Positions 12,496 through 25,090 of a stretch of 64,000 bases of DNA are shown here, one piece after another. The DNA comes from Octopus vulgaris (lineage: Eukaryota), in contig OX597814.1 of assembly GCA_951406725.2 (NCBI GenBank), forward strand, positions 87,482,001-87,546,000, in the 5' to 3' direction. The notes under the pieces are model-generated. The model searched no databases. It worked only from the letters and a program-made list of their open reading frames with translations, and had not been told where the DNA came from. The number at the start of each line of letters is the position of its first letter. Within the stretch, counting starts at the first letter, position 1. The position numbers and the translations under genes were made by a program.

Positions 12496-15302
12496 TCAGG
12501 TGTAGTTTCGGCGGATTTCGGAAAGCATGAGGGCCTTAAAGGATGCAGTGTCATTGCAGTCAACAACTGACGCAGGCAGTTTATTCCATGCTTCAGCAAC
12601 TCTGAGCATGAACAAATGTTTCCGAAAGTCATGGGAGCTGTGTTGTTTTCTGACTTTGTAGGCATGTCCACGTGTGTTAGACACATGGAGATCAAAAAGG
12701 TGTTCAGTGTTGTTGTTGGTGAGGTGGTTGATAACCTTGTGGGTGTTTACCAAGTCCGTCGCCAGACGCCGGAGCTTCAGTGAATCCATGCCCAGGGAAA
12801 CAAGGCGCTCAGAATATGGTAGGTGTCTGATGGAGGGTATGCGTTTGGTTGCACGTCTCTGGACAGATTCCAGGAGGTCAATGTTCTGAGCAAGATAGGG
12901 ATTCCAAACTGATGATGCGAATTCCAAGTGTGGTTGTACCATAGCTGTATACAGTTTTAAATAGATGGCTGGAGAGCGGCTAACAAAAGTCTTGCTGAGT
13001 GATGCCAAGACACCCTCGGCCTTCTTGACAATTTTAGAGATATGCTTTGTCCAACGCAAATCACTGCTGACAGTGATGCCTAGGTCACGCTCGCAAGAGG
13101 ATTTCTTGATATCAGTGTTGTGGAGGGAGTATGTGGACGCAGGGTTTTTTCTCCCAAAATGCATGGTGGTACACTTGTCCACAGCCAGTTTCAGTTGCCA
13201 GTCTGTGATCCATTGCTGCATTGTGTCTAGGTCTGATTGCAGGAAAGAGTTGTAGACATCAGGATCAGTCCTCTTGATTTCAAGGTACAGCTTGATGTCG
13301 TCTGCATATTTCAATACTGTGGCATTCTTTAAATTTGCATCTATGTCATTAATGTATGCCACAAACAGGAGGGGACCAAGGACAGATCCCTGTGGTACAC
13401 CCGATGACATCTCATATGGTGTAGAGTGCTGTCCTAGAACTGTGACTACCTCCTTTCGGCTGAGGATGAAGGATTTCAACCAGTTAAAAAGGTCATCCCC
13501 CACACCCATTGCAGAGAGTTTCACCATAAGCCTTTTGTGTGGCACAGAGTTGAAAGCCTTAGCAAAGTCAAGGTAGACAACATCCACCCATGAGCCACTG
13601 TCAGTGATCTGAGTAATGTCCTCAAGGAACTCGACAAGCTGGTCACTGCAGCTGGAGTTAGGGACAAATCCATATTGTGAGGGTCGGATGAGACTGTGAG
13701 AGCTCCAGAAGTTCCAGAGTGTTTCTCTGACACACGATTCCATCAGTTTTGCAATACAGCTAGTGAGACTGACTGGGCGATAGTTGACAGGTGATGTGCG
13801 GTCACCCTTTTTGAACAGAGGAATGACACTGGCAGTTTTCCACTGCTCCGGAGTAGCACCATTGTTGAGACAGTACTGGAAGAAAATAGAAAGCTGGTGT
13901 AAAAGGAAGTGCCTGCCACGTTTGAGAAGCAGGTATGTAACTCCATCGAGACCAGGGGAGGCATAGTTGCGCTTATTTTGAAGGTGACGTCGCAGCATTG
14001 CAGGTGTAAATTCCATAGTTGTTATGGAGTTTGCTGTTAGTGATGGTGAAGATGGTACATTTTGACTTTCAACAGTGAATATGTTTGCATAGCACTCGGC
14101 AATGAGTTCTGCGCATTCCTTGGGGTCGTCAGTGATCTGGTTTGTGTGAGGGTTGCGAAGAGGGCCCACTGGAGAGTGAGGTCTCTGCTTTGAATGCACA
14201 TATTTCCAGAAAACCTTGCTGTCAGGATTGGCTGCTATGCACTGTTCAAATTCAAGCACTGCATTTTTTGTCACTTGCTTGAGATGGTTGGAGGATTTAT
14301 TCCGCTTCTTCCTGTTGGTGTCTGATTTATGCAACTTGTATTCCTGTTCAGCAGTCCGACGTTCCTTCCTGGCAAGTCGGACCGCTGAAGTTTCCCAAAT
14401 TGCCCTTTTGGAGCGGTTCTTCTTTTTTTGTTTACGTGGCACTGATGCTGCACATGCTGCCCATATTGAGTCCAGGATACTCTGGAGTATAGTATTCACA
14501 TCTCCAGAGTTGTAGAATTCACGCCAGTTTGGGTGCTGTAGTTCAGTGTGGTACAGGTTCCAATCTGCTCTCTTCCAATCGAAGGAAGCAGATTGGAGAT
14601 GGTTCAGGTGTTTGTTGCCCGCAAGAGCCAGATTGGCGATGATCAGAGTCACCTAGAGGTTCCTCCGTAGTGCAATTGATAACCGCTTCAGGAGTTGTGG
14701 TGAAGAGCAGGTCCAAGGTGTGACCAGTTTGAGTCCAGCACAAGCTCAACAAAATCGTTTGCACTCTGTGGCCAATGGAAGGTTTCCCAATCGATCTCAG
14801 GATGATTGAAATCGCCTGCAATAAATACATAAGTGGCTGTTTTCCTGGCAGCAGCTCGGAGGATGTTGCAAAGCTGTGTGTCCTGATGGTAATTTGGGGG
14901 ACGATAAACAACGCCAAGCAGGAGTGTTGACATGGTCATACGTACGTCACAGAAAAAAACTTCTTCTTGTGATTTGTTCAAATCGGCACAAGGAATTACC
15001 AAAAAATTTGAACGAACGTAGACCATCACACCACCACCACGGCGGTTAGTGCGGTCCTTACGGAAGAGGTTGTACCCCGTGATGTTGAAAACCCCATCAC
15101 AGAGTAAGGAATGCGCCCATGTTTCCGTGACAGTGATGAAGTCAGGGTCAATACTTCTGACGTAGGCGTTGAACAAATGTATTTTGTTGCATAAACTGCG
15201 AGCATTTAAGGACAACAATTTGTACCCTGCTCGCAGTTTATGATGGTGTGTAGAGGATGGCAGGTTGTCCTGGCTTAGTTTCCCTGAGTTGCTGTAGTCT
15301 TT
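12496..15302 (-). pseudogene. LINE ORF2 (APE endonuclease + reverse transcriptase) broken by two small frameshifting deletions near 14720 and 14640
   Basis: APE motifs LNARSL, VTETW, GDFNHP, TLDLLF, LGDSDH are split over three frames. RT motifs NYRPVSLT, YLDFAKAF, GVPQGSVLGP, KYADD; CR1-type tail TRGHAYK. Confidence 0.9.
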
Positions 15303-15946
15303 TTAGTTATTGTGGGTAGAGAGCACTCAGACCAGCTGGTATCCCTCTTCCACGTTTCATCAGTCTTGACAAATTTCCAGATTTGTCCATCCTCCCGAAG
15401 ACTGAAGCTTTCCTGTAGAGCTGAGTTCCTATTCAGGGAAGCTGCTACACATAGCTTCGGACGTACATCGGACGGTAAGCCTGGGCGTGTTCGGAAGGTG
15501 GTCCGATTTTCACGCCCAGCTTTAACTGAGGCCAGATGGGAAGAGGTTGCCTCAGTGTGGTCCGAAAAAGACAGCTTGATGAGCCTAGGTTTTGGGCCAG
15601 GTCGTCCAAGGCGGATAGCACCCGTTGGGGGAACGCAGCCTAGGTCTTTGGCTGAGTTGGCAGCAAATGCCTGAAGATCAGCCATGTCTTCTGGCACCCC
15701 AATGGCAATGACTTCATGGGTAGCAGAATCCGCGGTCTTAGATGCGACAAGAGGTACAGGTACAGGGAGGTTCTTTAGCAGAGCATTCCGATAAGACCCC
15801 TCATTGTGGAGTCCAACCTGAATGGTTGCTTTTATTCCTGCTACTTCCCCTCTTAAAGCACAGATCGATTGTTGCAGTTCTGCAAGAACCACACTGGTCA
15901 ATTGGTGTTGTTGTTGTTGCTGCTGCTGCTCTGGTTGTGGTTGATT
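15275..15946 (-). CDS. LINE ORF1 (truncated): polyQ, coiled coil, degenerate RRM-like region
   Basis: Open from NQPQPEQQQQQQQHQ through VIAIGVPE...RLGRPGPKPRLIKLSF (typical CR1/L2 ORF1 motifs) to ...TQGN*. Confidence 0.75.
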   Translation of the reverse strand, partial: NQPQPEQQQQQQQHQLTSVVLAELQQSICALRGEVAGIKATIQVGLHNEGSYRNALLKNLPVPVPLVASKTADSATHEVIAIGVPEDMADLQAFAANSAKDLGCVPPTGAIRLGRPGPKPRLIKLSFSDHTEATSSHLASVKAGRENRTTFRTRPGLPSDVRPKLCVAASLNRNSALQESFSLREDGQIWKFVKTDETWKRDTSWSECSLPTITKKTTATQGN

Positions 15947-16248
15947 TTAGATATGTATGTATGTATGCATATATCTATGTACATGTGTATGTATGTATGT
16001 ATGTATGTATGTATGCATATATCTATGTACATGTGTCATAGTGTTTATCCCTCTCACCCCACCACCTCTTGGTAACTGGTGCTGGTTTGTTTATGTTCAC
16101 ATAACTTAGAGGCTCAGCAAAATAGACTGATGAAATAAGTACCAGGTTTCGAAAAAAGTACTGAGGTTGATTTTTGACTAAATTTTTGATACAGTGCCCC
16201 AGCACGGATACTGTCTAGTGACTGAGACAAGTAAAAGATAAATATATA

Positions 16249-17169
16249 TCAAGTCATCCCATAAATAATGTGATTTTTTTTATACTTCTTTTATTTTTCA
16301 AAATTAAGATGAATAAATTCCTTTTTTAATCTAAAATATACTCTCCTTCATTTTCTACAATGCTCTTCCATCTATCTATTGGACATGCAAGGCCTCTTTT
16401 CCAAAATTCACTTGTTCGTAATGAAAAATACACCTCCAATACTATCCTAACCTCATCTACAGAATTCATATTTTTTACGTCTAAATGATTTTGAAGACAG
16501 CAAATGATAATCAGATGGGGCAATGTCTGGCAAATATGGTGGTTGGTGCATCATTTCTCATTCAAACTACTCCAACCTTTGGAATGTCATCCTCACTGTA
16601 TGAGGCTGAGCATTATCCTGATGGAAGCACCTTTTGTTATGAAACCAAAGATGGTCGTTTTTCTTCTAGCACTGACTTCAATGACTGGTTGAAAGACCAA
16701 ATCCAAGCTTCTCTGCTAGTTGCTCAACAGTTATGATGGGATTTTGTTCCACCAAAGTTTACAGGACATTGTCATCAAGCTCTACAGATCTTTCAGGATG
16801 AGGTTTGTCTTCTAGGCTGTAGTTTCTGGTTCAGAATTTCTGGAACCACCGCTAACACTGGTTTATGCTTATTGTCCAATCCTCATATACTGCATTAATA
16901 TTCCTTGCACTTTCCATTGCATTGTTACCTTTAATTGAACTCATAATGCAAAATATGCCGAATATGCTCTTTTGTCACTTCCATTAAAGCTTCGAAAAAA
17001 TAACTATTAAAATTGAACTGCACTCTTCAAAACTTATACTAAGGATAAGAACAAGGGAACATTTCTATCGACTTTTATAGGAAGTTGATGCAGGTAGTTT
17101 ATCTCATCCCCCTCTGACTTTTAGGTCATGCAATTGAAAAAAAACCACATTATTTATGGGATGACCCAA
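16249..17169 (-). mobile_element. Mariner transposon, internally deleted and non-autonomous
   Basis: TIRs (TCAA/TTGG)GTCATCCCATAAATAATGTG at both ends within TA tracts. Minus-strand relics DNAQPH, PPYLPDIAPSDYHL, RWKSIVENEGEYILD*. Confidence 0.9.
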
Positions 17170-17549
17170 TATATATATTTATATATATCCAGTAGTTCAT
17201 GGTCAAAAAAAGATCATTGATCAGTAAAGTTTATTGAATAATATATTAGTCACACTTTCCTCCATATCAAAATTAATAGAGTAACCTTTTTAAGATGACA
17301 AATACTATGCAACACCAGATTCAGTAACAACTTACATTGCTGAGTATGCAATAAATAAATGAATACATGAATTAAAGAACTGGACAAATGTGGTTAAGCA
17401 CTACACATACTTCCAAAGCAGAAAAAAATCCATATTATGAGTGTAAAATTACTTCATAATTTATGATGTAATTTTACATTCATAATATAAACTTTTTCTG
17501 CTTTGGAAATGTGCACATTGTTTAACTGTATCCATTCTTTTCTTTCATA

Positions 17550-18005
17550 TATATCATCATCATCATTATCACCATCTTCATCTTCCCCATCATTTAATGT
17601 CTGCTTTACATGCTGGCATGGGTTAGACAGTTTGACTGAAGATGGTAAGCTGGAGAGCTGCACCAAGCTACGGTCTGGCTTAGTTTTCCTATGGTTGGAT
17701 GTCCTTCCTAATGCCAACCATTCTGCAAGTGTGTACCAGGTGCCTTTTATGTGTCACTGGCATGGGTGCCATTCAAGCGTCACTAGCACTTGCTGAGACC
17801 ACAATTTCACTTAGCTTGATGTGTCTTCTGAAGCACAGCTATTTACCTGACATCCCAGTCATTTGTCATCACTTCTGTAAGACTCAACATCCAAAGATCA
17901 CATTTCACCACCTTGTCCCACAGGTTCCTTCCACAGAGATTGGCACTTCTTTATGCAGCTGTCCTCGTCCATACACATCATATGACCATACCAATGCATT
18001 CATAT
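17550..18005 (-). mobile_element. RTE LINE 3' fragment
   Basis: Reverse of ...GGTCATATGATGTGTATGG...CCTGTGGGACAAGGTGGTGAA..., shared 3' UTR core and (CAT)n. Confidence 0.8.
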
Positions 18006-18009
18006 CTCC

Positions 18010-18042
<33 letters not shown>

Positions 18043-18624
18043 GGTAAAGACACCCTTTGGTCATGAATAACCATGGGATTTCACCTAGAAAGTTCCCCTT
18101 CAAGGCACAAGTCCAGGCAAGGTTGTTTATGGAAGACCAACAGTTGCCCATGCTTACCAGCCTCCCCTCTCCATGCCACTGATGTTATCCAAGGAAAAGG
18201 CAAAGGCCAATACAGCTTAGCATCAGTGATATTACAACTCATTTCTAAAGTTGAGTGAACTGGAGAAAAGGAAATAAAGTTTCTTACCCAAGAACACAAC
18301 ACACAGGCTGGTCCAAGAACTGAACCCAGTACTTCATGATTGTGAGCCTGATGTTCTAACCACTGAGCCATATGCCTTCTCTATATACATACATCCTCTT
18401 CTTTACTTCTTTATGCCTTTAAACCTCCAACGCGGAGTATAGGCCACTTATAGTTGAATTCCATGTCGCATAATTTTTGGCTTCTGTACTTATAACATAA
18501 CATGACATGACATACATACATACATAGATAGGTGCATGCACATTCCTCCACAGATAAGTGCGCATGCCGGAACACAAATATATTTTATTCTAAGAGACAA
18601 GTTAAATAGCAGAAAGTAAAAAGA

Positions 18625-18790
18625 TGGTCCTGGTGCTCAAATTTTTGAACTGAGAAGAAGCAGGACAGGCACCAGGTCCTGCGTTCTGATGCTTTGTTTT
18701 CCCAGGAAGAAAAGGGAATGTTGCATCGTTTCAGATTGTCTTTTAATTTGTCTTTGAGGTTAATGCTTGGAATCTCCTTGAGAGAGCACA
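18625..18790 (-). mobile_element. RTE/BovB-like ORF C-terminal fragment
   Basis: KDKLKDNLKRCNIPFSSWENKASERRTW is typical of RTE C-termini. Confidence 0.6.
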
Positions 18791-19740
18791 TCAGTAGTGA
18801 GGTCATCAGATAGAAGTCCGGTGTGAGGGATATCATCGTAGAATATACACGCAGATATGTGTATCTCAATGCTCGGTAATTGCTCGGTTTGTTTATGCCC
18901 TCATAACTTAGCACCTTGACAAAAAGAAAATGATAGAATAAGTACTTGAAAATTAGGCCCTAGGGTTGATCTGATCCTTTCAAGATAGTGGAAGGTCACT
19001 GTTTAATAACTGAAACAGTGCTAGGACAATTTGTCCCCAGTTATTTCATTGTTGGTTAATTTGCCCCCAGTCAATTCATCATTGATCAATTCATCTCCAG
19101 GTCAATATGTCGCAGGCCAATTCATCCCAAAATACTCTTAAATGTGATTTTTGAGGGTAAGTTTAGAACAATCACTTTAGAATTAAAAGTGCCATTGGAC
19201 AGTTTTAGATTTTTTTTTTTCCTTTCTTTAATCTCTCTCTCTTTCTCAACAAATAGCTTACAAACTACAGAATTTTATCAAGAACGCCAAGAGAAAAAGA
19301 TGTTTTATGTGACACATTCTACCAGTATACGAAGTTTAAAAGTGTTTAGTTACAAAAATTTATTTTTTAAATCTGCCGGTCAAAGTGAAAAGATGCCAGA
19401 CGTCAACATAATGACTTTTTCATCCCAAATATTTTGACCTTGTGCTTCTGTTAGAAAATCCTTTAATCTTACAGTTCCCTTTATCTAAAACTTGTAGCTT
19501 TGAGGTTGTCAGAAGTCATTGTATTTCATTACAAGATGGTAAATTGGCTGTGTCATGAGAATATGAAATGAAATACCTTGCAACATTTAGTTCACTCAAA
19601 CCTTCGACACCCCACTAACTCCCTTAATGGAGGATAAGAGATTCAATGACAACTTCCCTTCACTATCCTGAGCCATCTTCCACAATATTCCTCAACACTG
19701 TCCAGAGCAGAATTTGATTTGTTTACAGTTGCCAACACAT

Positions 19741-20487
19741 GCTGTCACGCACAAAATGAGTTTCCATATACTGTTTCCTGACTGGCTTAAAATGATCAAA
19801 CTTTAAACCTCTATAACGTTTTAAAAACGTTTCTGGGAAAATTGAAGGATCTTTTCGGTTTGAACGGCAGTTTTTAACATAATTTCTAGGTAACTAAAAC
19901 ATTTTAAACTTCGTATACTGGTAGAATGTGTTTATAAAACATCTTTATCTCTTGGCTTTATTGAGAAAATTCTATAGTTTGTAAGATATTTGTTGTTCTT
20001 TTTCTGCAATTTTAACCAATCACTGACGTCTATTGAGGTAAAAAACATTCTGTGCCATATGAATATGTCCCTCGTTTAAGAAACAGATTGGATTTATTTA
20101 CATTTGGGAAGAAAAAAAGATAACCTTCCCCCACCCCTAACCCTAACCCTAAAACAGATTGAAATGCAATAGATCGATACTAGGGTCATAATTATGGGTG
20201 ACAATTTCATATGACACCACTAAAAAAACTGCCGTTCAAAACGAAAAGATCCAAATTGAAATATCCCCAGCGGATCTTTTCTGTTTGGTTGCCAGCAGCT
20301 CCAAAAATTGAAGTTTACCAAAGATTTTAAAATTCGGCACAATAATACATTTGCATAAACTGAATTGCTGGAGTTATTTCATTTTTTCTAGAAAAATATT
20401 TTAAAAAAGTTATAGAGGTTTAAAGTTTGATCATTTTCACCCAGTCAGGAAACAGGATTTGGAAGCTGTCATTTTGTGCGTGACTGC
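19741..20487. mobile_element. MITE with long TIRs and 4-bp TSD (ACAT), host of a nested MITE
   Basis: GCTGTCACGCACAAAATGA...TCATTTTGTGCGTGACTGC, with about 90 bp of inverted similarity; ACAT on both flanks. Confidence 0.75.
19847..20252. mobile_element. MITE with GG termini, 8-bp TSD and internal (CCCTAA)n (Merlin/MULE-like)
   Basis: TIR GGATCTTTTCGGTTTGAACGGCAGTTTTT / AAAAAACTGCCGTTCAAAACGAAAAGATCC; TSD AAATTGAA on both sides. Confidence 0.88.
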
Positions 20488-21096
20488 ACATTTCATCGTC
20501 AATAAATAATAATAGTATGTTGTCAATATTTATAAACAACGTTGTCTCCGATAATTTTCTTTCATATAAATAAATCTTATTTAGCTGTTATTTTTAGCAC
20601 ACCTCTCAACCACCAGTGTTTAATGTAAATATAATAAACAACATGTTACATGTGATTGACACATAACAATTTTTAACAAAGATTTAAAAGAATTAGATGA
20701 AAGTTCTCCAGTAATTTTCTTTCATTTAAATAACTGTTTATGCTAATTTAAAAGAGAAAAACAATTAGTTTTAAATCTCTGAGCGAGATTTTGGCAAATA
20801 AAGTTTAATTTAAAAGATTTATCCAAAAACACTTATTTAGCTGTTATTTTTAGCACACCTCACAACCACCTCAATGGCTCAATGACAAAAAGAAACAAAC
20901 ATGAAACATGTTTAATTACAATCTAAATATGCTTAAAAAACAAACATTTAAATTTCAGTTTTAATTTTAAAATATCCTCTTCTGTTTTCAATGTTTCCAT
21001 AAAAGAAGCGAAGTTAGTGGAGCTTACTGCCATAATCACACAGAACATAGGATCAAATTTGTCAACATGTTCTTCCTTGCAGATAAAAGACTTTTT

Positions 21097-22077
21097 GGAT
21101 CTTTTCCTTTTGAACGGTGCATGTCAACACAATTTCTAGTTAATTAAACACTTTAAAACTTCGTATACTGGTAGAATGTGTCAAAATAAAACATTTTTTC
21201 TCTTGGCTTTCTTGATAAAATTGTAATTCGTTTGTTTAACGTAGTTTAATTTTTCGAATTTCAACCAATGAATCGCCTCTAATTGAGCTAAAATCATTTG
21301 CTGCGTCTAAAACTGAGACAACATCCTGTCACTAACCCTAAATTTTCTTTCCTTAATTATTAGATTAATTCAATTGTTACACGTGTAAAAAAAACGTTTT
21401 TTTTTACACGTGTAAATGTTTTATCGTTTCGGGGTCGATAAATTAAGTACCAATTACGCACTGGTGTTGAGGATTTTTTTCCCAATTTATATCACAGCCT
21501 CTGACAAGCTGGGACATCCTTTTATGAAAAAAATATTTCGGAAATATTTACAATACGACCCACACTCCACGCGCACCCTCTAGACCGATTTAGGCATATC
21601 ATTGTTTTGTTTTTGTTGTTTTTGGCCCTTCAAAACCATGGGAGAAGCCTTTTCGGTAAAAAAAAATAAAGAAAATATTTTTAAAATATCGTTAATATTT
21701 TTATTGGGCGACGAAATTCATCGATTTAAGAGATATGGCTGTTATTTCTAGCACATGCCTCCTCCTTTGTTTATCAATATCGATGAGCGAGACAGACAGA
21801 AGAGAGAAGGATGAATAACACGTGTGTGTGTGTGTGTGCTGTTTACGTTGCAACAGGATGTTGTCTGAGTTTTTAGACGCAGCAAATGATTTGAGCTCAA
21901 ATGCTGGCATTTCATTGGTTAAAATTCGAAGAATTAAACTACGTTAAACTTACAAATTACAATTTTCTCAAAAAAGCCAAGTGAAAATAATGTTTTCTAT
22001 TGACACATTCTACCAGTATACGAAGTTTCAAATTGTTTAGTTAACTAGAAATTCCGTCCATCAAAAGGAAAAGATCT
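21097..22077. mobile_element. Related GGATCTTTTC MITE with ~230-bp inverted arms and chimeric interior
   Basis: 21097-21330 is inverted relative to 21855-22077. No TSD match; the interior holds a SINE fragment and a palindrome. Confidence 0.75.
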
Positions 22078-22472
22078 GCGACGTGTCCAGCCCATCTAAA
22101 CTTGCTGCATGTATATTCTACGATGATATCCCTCACTCCGGACTTCTGTCTGATGACCTCGCTACTGATGTGCTCTCTCAAGGAGATTCCAAGCATTGAC
22201 CTCACCATGGCTCTTTGAGCCGTTACCAATCTCTGCTCTTCTCTCTTTGTTGTAGCCCATGTTTCACTACCATATAACATTGCAGGTAGAACTGTGCTAC
22301 TGATGAGGTTGGCGCGGGGGGTCATGTCCAACCTTCCCTTGAGCACATCCCTTATGCCATTAAACGCCTTTCTTCCAGCCCTTACTCTCCGCGAGATCTC
22401 CTTTTCGATGTTTCGGCACATATTCACTTCCTGTCCAAGGTAGACATATTCCTTTACCTCTTCTATCTCCTT
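22078..22472 (-). mobile_element. RTE-clade fragment of a different family
   Basis: EVKEYVYLGQEV...EISRRVRAGRKAF...LPAMLYGSETW...KFRWAGHVA; interrupted by a MITE end at 22077. Confidence 0.85.
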
Positions 22473-22732
22473 TACCTGAATATATTACACTTAATATGAA
22501 ATCAATTCAAACAGAAAATTGTTGCTGGCAATCGAACAGAAAAGATCTACACCAGCAATTCCGCATGGAAAAGTATATATATTATTGTGCCAAATTTTAA
22601 AATTTTCGATTAACTTTAAGTTTTGAAATGCTGGCACCAAACCAACTAGATCCGCACTTTCTTTCCCAAAAAAAAAATTAAACTTCATCGGTAAAAAAAT
22701 GAAAATTCAATATAATTATTATTTTATTATTT

Positions 22733-23113
22733 ACTAGCAGTATCGCCCGGCGTTGCTCGGGTTTGTAAGGGAAATAACTATATAAGCATTTTTAGAGATG
22801 TAAAGTATAATAGCCATCTCAATATGGCTAACCACAAAGGGGGGGGGGTTACTGTAGCTTTTTACGTTCTGAGATTTAATAATAAATTTTTAGAGAGTTA
22901 CTTCCCTTATATAAAAATGGGAAAAATTGATGGTAAATTATTTTTAAAATCGTAGACTCATCGTAGACGCGCGCTAATACCCAGAATGGCTCGATATGAA
23001 TCACGACTATAAGATACCCGGTTTTGGTTAAACTGCACCGCAAAATGTGGGGGTAGTTAGGAATCTAAATCGTAGGAGACAGACAGCACACAACTTCACT
23101 TTTATATATAAAG
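22733..23113 (+). mobile_element. Non-autonomous Helentron/HINE-like element
   Basis: ACTAGCAGTATCGCCCGGCGTTGCTCGGG hairpin end, GACAGACAGCACAC microsatellite and TTTTATATATAAAGA end, in T-rich context. Confidence 0.7.
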
Positions 23114-23574
23114 AAGATATAAAGATTGAATAAAAGAAATTTATAATTTATTGAAAGTTCATGTTAAGAAAATATTGCAAGTTAAAGAATTATCTCCCTT
23201 AGACTTCTATGCTGAAAAAACATAGAAACCAATGTTCATGAGAGTTTTAGATAATTAGACATCGACATAAATGATCTGTGTCAGGATAACAGTATCTCCA
23301 GTTGTTTACTACTCAACCTTTACAATAAAGATAATGAATTGACAGTTCTCTTTCCAGTAAGTATAATTTATCACAGTTTTTACATACATATGCATTACGT
23401 GGAGGCGGTTTCGTAAATAATGTTTTTATTGTGCTAGATGTGTCTGAAATTATAAAAAAAAAAGGGTTTTTTCAATTAGAAGAAACAAAAATCAAATATT
23501 TATTTTTAAGTCAGCCATCAATACCATCTAAACCCAACGATAAATGAAATTTATTATGTTGTTGGTGAATAATT

Positions 23575-23986
23575 CTTATTTCTTTATTGCCCACAAGGGG
23601 TTAAACATAGAGGGGGACAAACAAGGACAGACAAAGGGATTAAGTCGTTTACATCGACCCCAGTGCATAACTGGTACTTCATTTATCAACCCCGAAAGAA
23701 TGAAAGGCAAAGTCGACCTCGGCGGAATTTGAACTCAAAATGTAACGGCAGACGAAATACCTATTTCTTTACTACCCACAGGGGGCTAAACACAGAGAGG
23801 ACAAACAAGGACAGACAAACGGATTAAGTCGATTATATCGACCCCAGTGCATAACTGGTACTTATTTAATCAACACGAAAGGATGAAAGGCAAAGTGAAC
23901 CTCGGCGGAATTTGAACTCAGAACGTAGTGGCAGACGAAATACTGCTAAGCATTTCGTCCGGCGTGCTAACGTTTCTGCCAGCTCA
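23575..23986 (-). mobile_element. tRNA-derived SINE (octopus OK-like, Meta-domain-like core), partial tandem dimer
   Basis: Reverse of GAGCTGGCAGAAACGTTAGCACGCCG...GTTCTGAGTTCAAATTCCGCCGAGGTCGACTTTGCCTTTCATCCTTTCGGGG...AGTACCAG, present twice. Confidence 0.85.
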
Positions 23987-25090
23987 GGGGAAAAAAACCC
24001 TTTGGACAAAACACACCTAGGAGGAGGAAAAAAAAAAAAAGCAAGCATTTTTAAGTCATAATTTTTCTAATTATTTATAGTTATATATATATATAATAAC
24101 CCCAATCACAAAAATGGATATAATAAAAAGAACATCATAGAATATCTTGGAAAAATTAAAACAAACACAATATTAAAAACCTCATTAAATGTTGTGGTTC
24201 ATTTAAAGTTCATTTTACTACAACCTCCATTGTCTTCCTCTCACTCACATAGTCCAGGGTGGGATTATGTCCAGACCCCAGTGCTCTATGACCTAGGACT
24301 CAAATATGCGGTCTTTATTTAAAGCTGTTTGGAAGTGTATCAAAGGACTACGTTTTAACCAGTTGAGTGACTATATAGATGGTTTTTTTTTCTTGCAAGC
24401 ATGAAGGAGGTAAACTATTCATTTATTCAGGTAAGGGTTGGATTTTTTTTTATCTGAATGTAGTAAAAGTACAACAAACCCACCAATTTCCAATTAAATG
24501 CCACTAGGTGATTCTCATTCCTTGTAGCAAGTTAGTTTGACTCCCATTTCTGTATTATAACTCCTACTGTGTTAATACCTCCATACCCATACCCATAACT
24601 ACAAACTCAGTAGTCATACTACTGAAGTCATACCACGACTAAAGACATCACCATACCACTAAAGAAACCATCACAGCACAATGGCATCATTTTGGTATAT
24701 AATTTCATGTTAACAGGGGTTAAAATGGAAGGTGATATTGGGTAGCATTTGGAAATACCCTCTAAAATAAAATAATCAACTGACAACATAAGAGTAATAT
24801 TTGTTTTCTAGCTGATATATTAGAATATTTTATTATTAGCAATTAGGCATGGCCAAAGACAATTTTTAAATTCACTTTTGTTACATTTCTTGCAATAATT
24901 TCCCTCCAAGCATTCTTTTGATTCAAAGGGTAACAACAGATGCTTAACAACATACAGGTGTAAGCATGGCTGTGTTGTTAAGAAGCTTGCTTTGCAACCA
25001 CAGGTTTCATGTTCAGTCCCACTGTGTGACACCTTTAGCAAGTGTCTCCTACTAGTTGGTCATAAATTTAAAACATAACTCTTTAAATGA

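Larger units (their letters stand above)
12428..15946 (-). mobile_element. CR1/L2-group non-LTR retrotransposon, near full length, 5'-truncated in ORF1
   Basis: ORF1 plus APE-RT ORF2, short 3' UTR, (ATT)n tail at about 12430-12446. Inserted between a SINE/(TA) tract and (TATG)n. Confidence 0.92.

Noticed and set aside
20136-20152. (CCCTAA)n and, at about 53176-53205, (TTAGGG)n as telomere remnants
   Set aside because: Only about 3 units; at 20136 they lie inside a TSD-bounded MITE.
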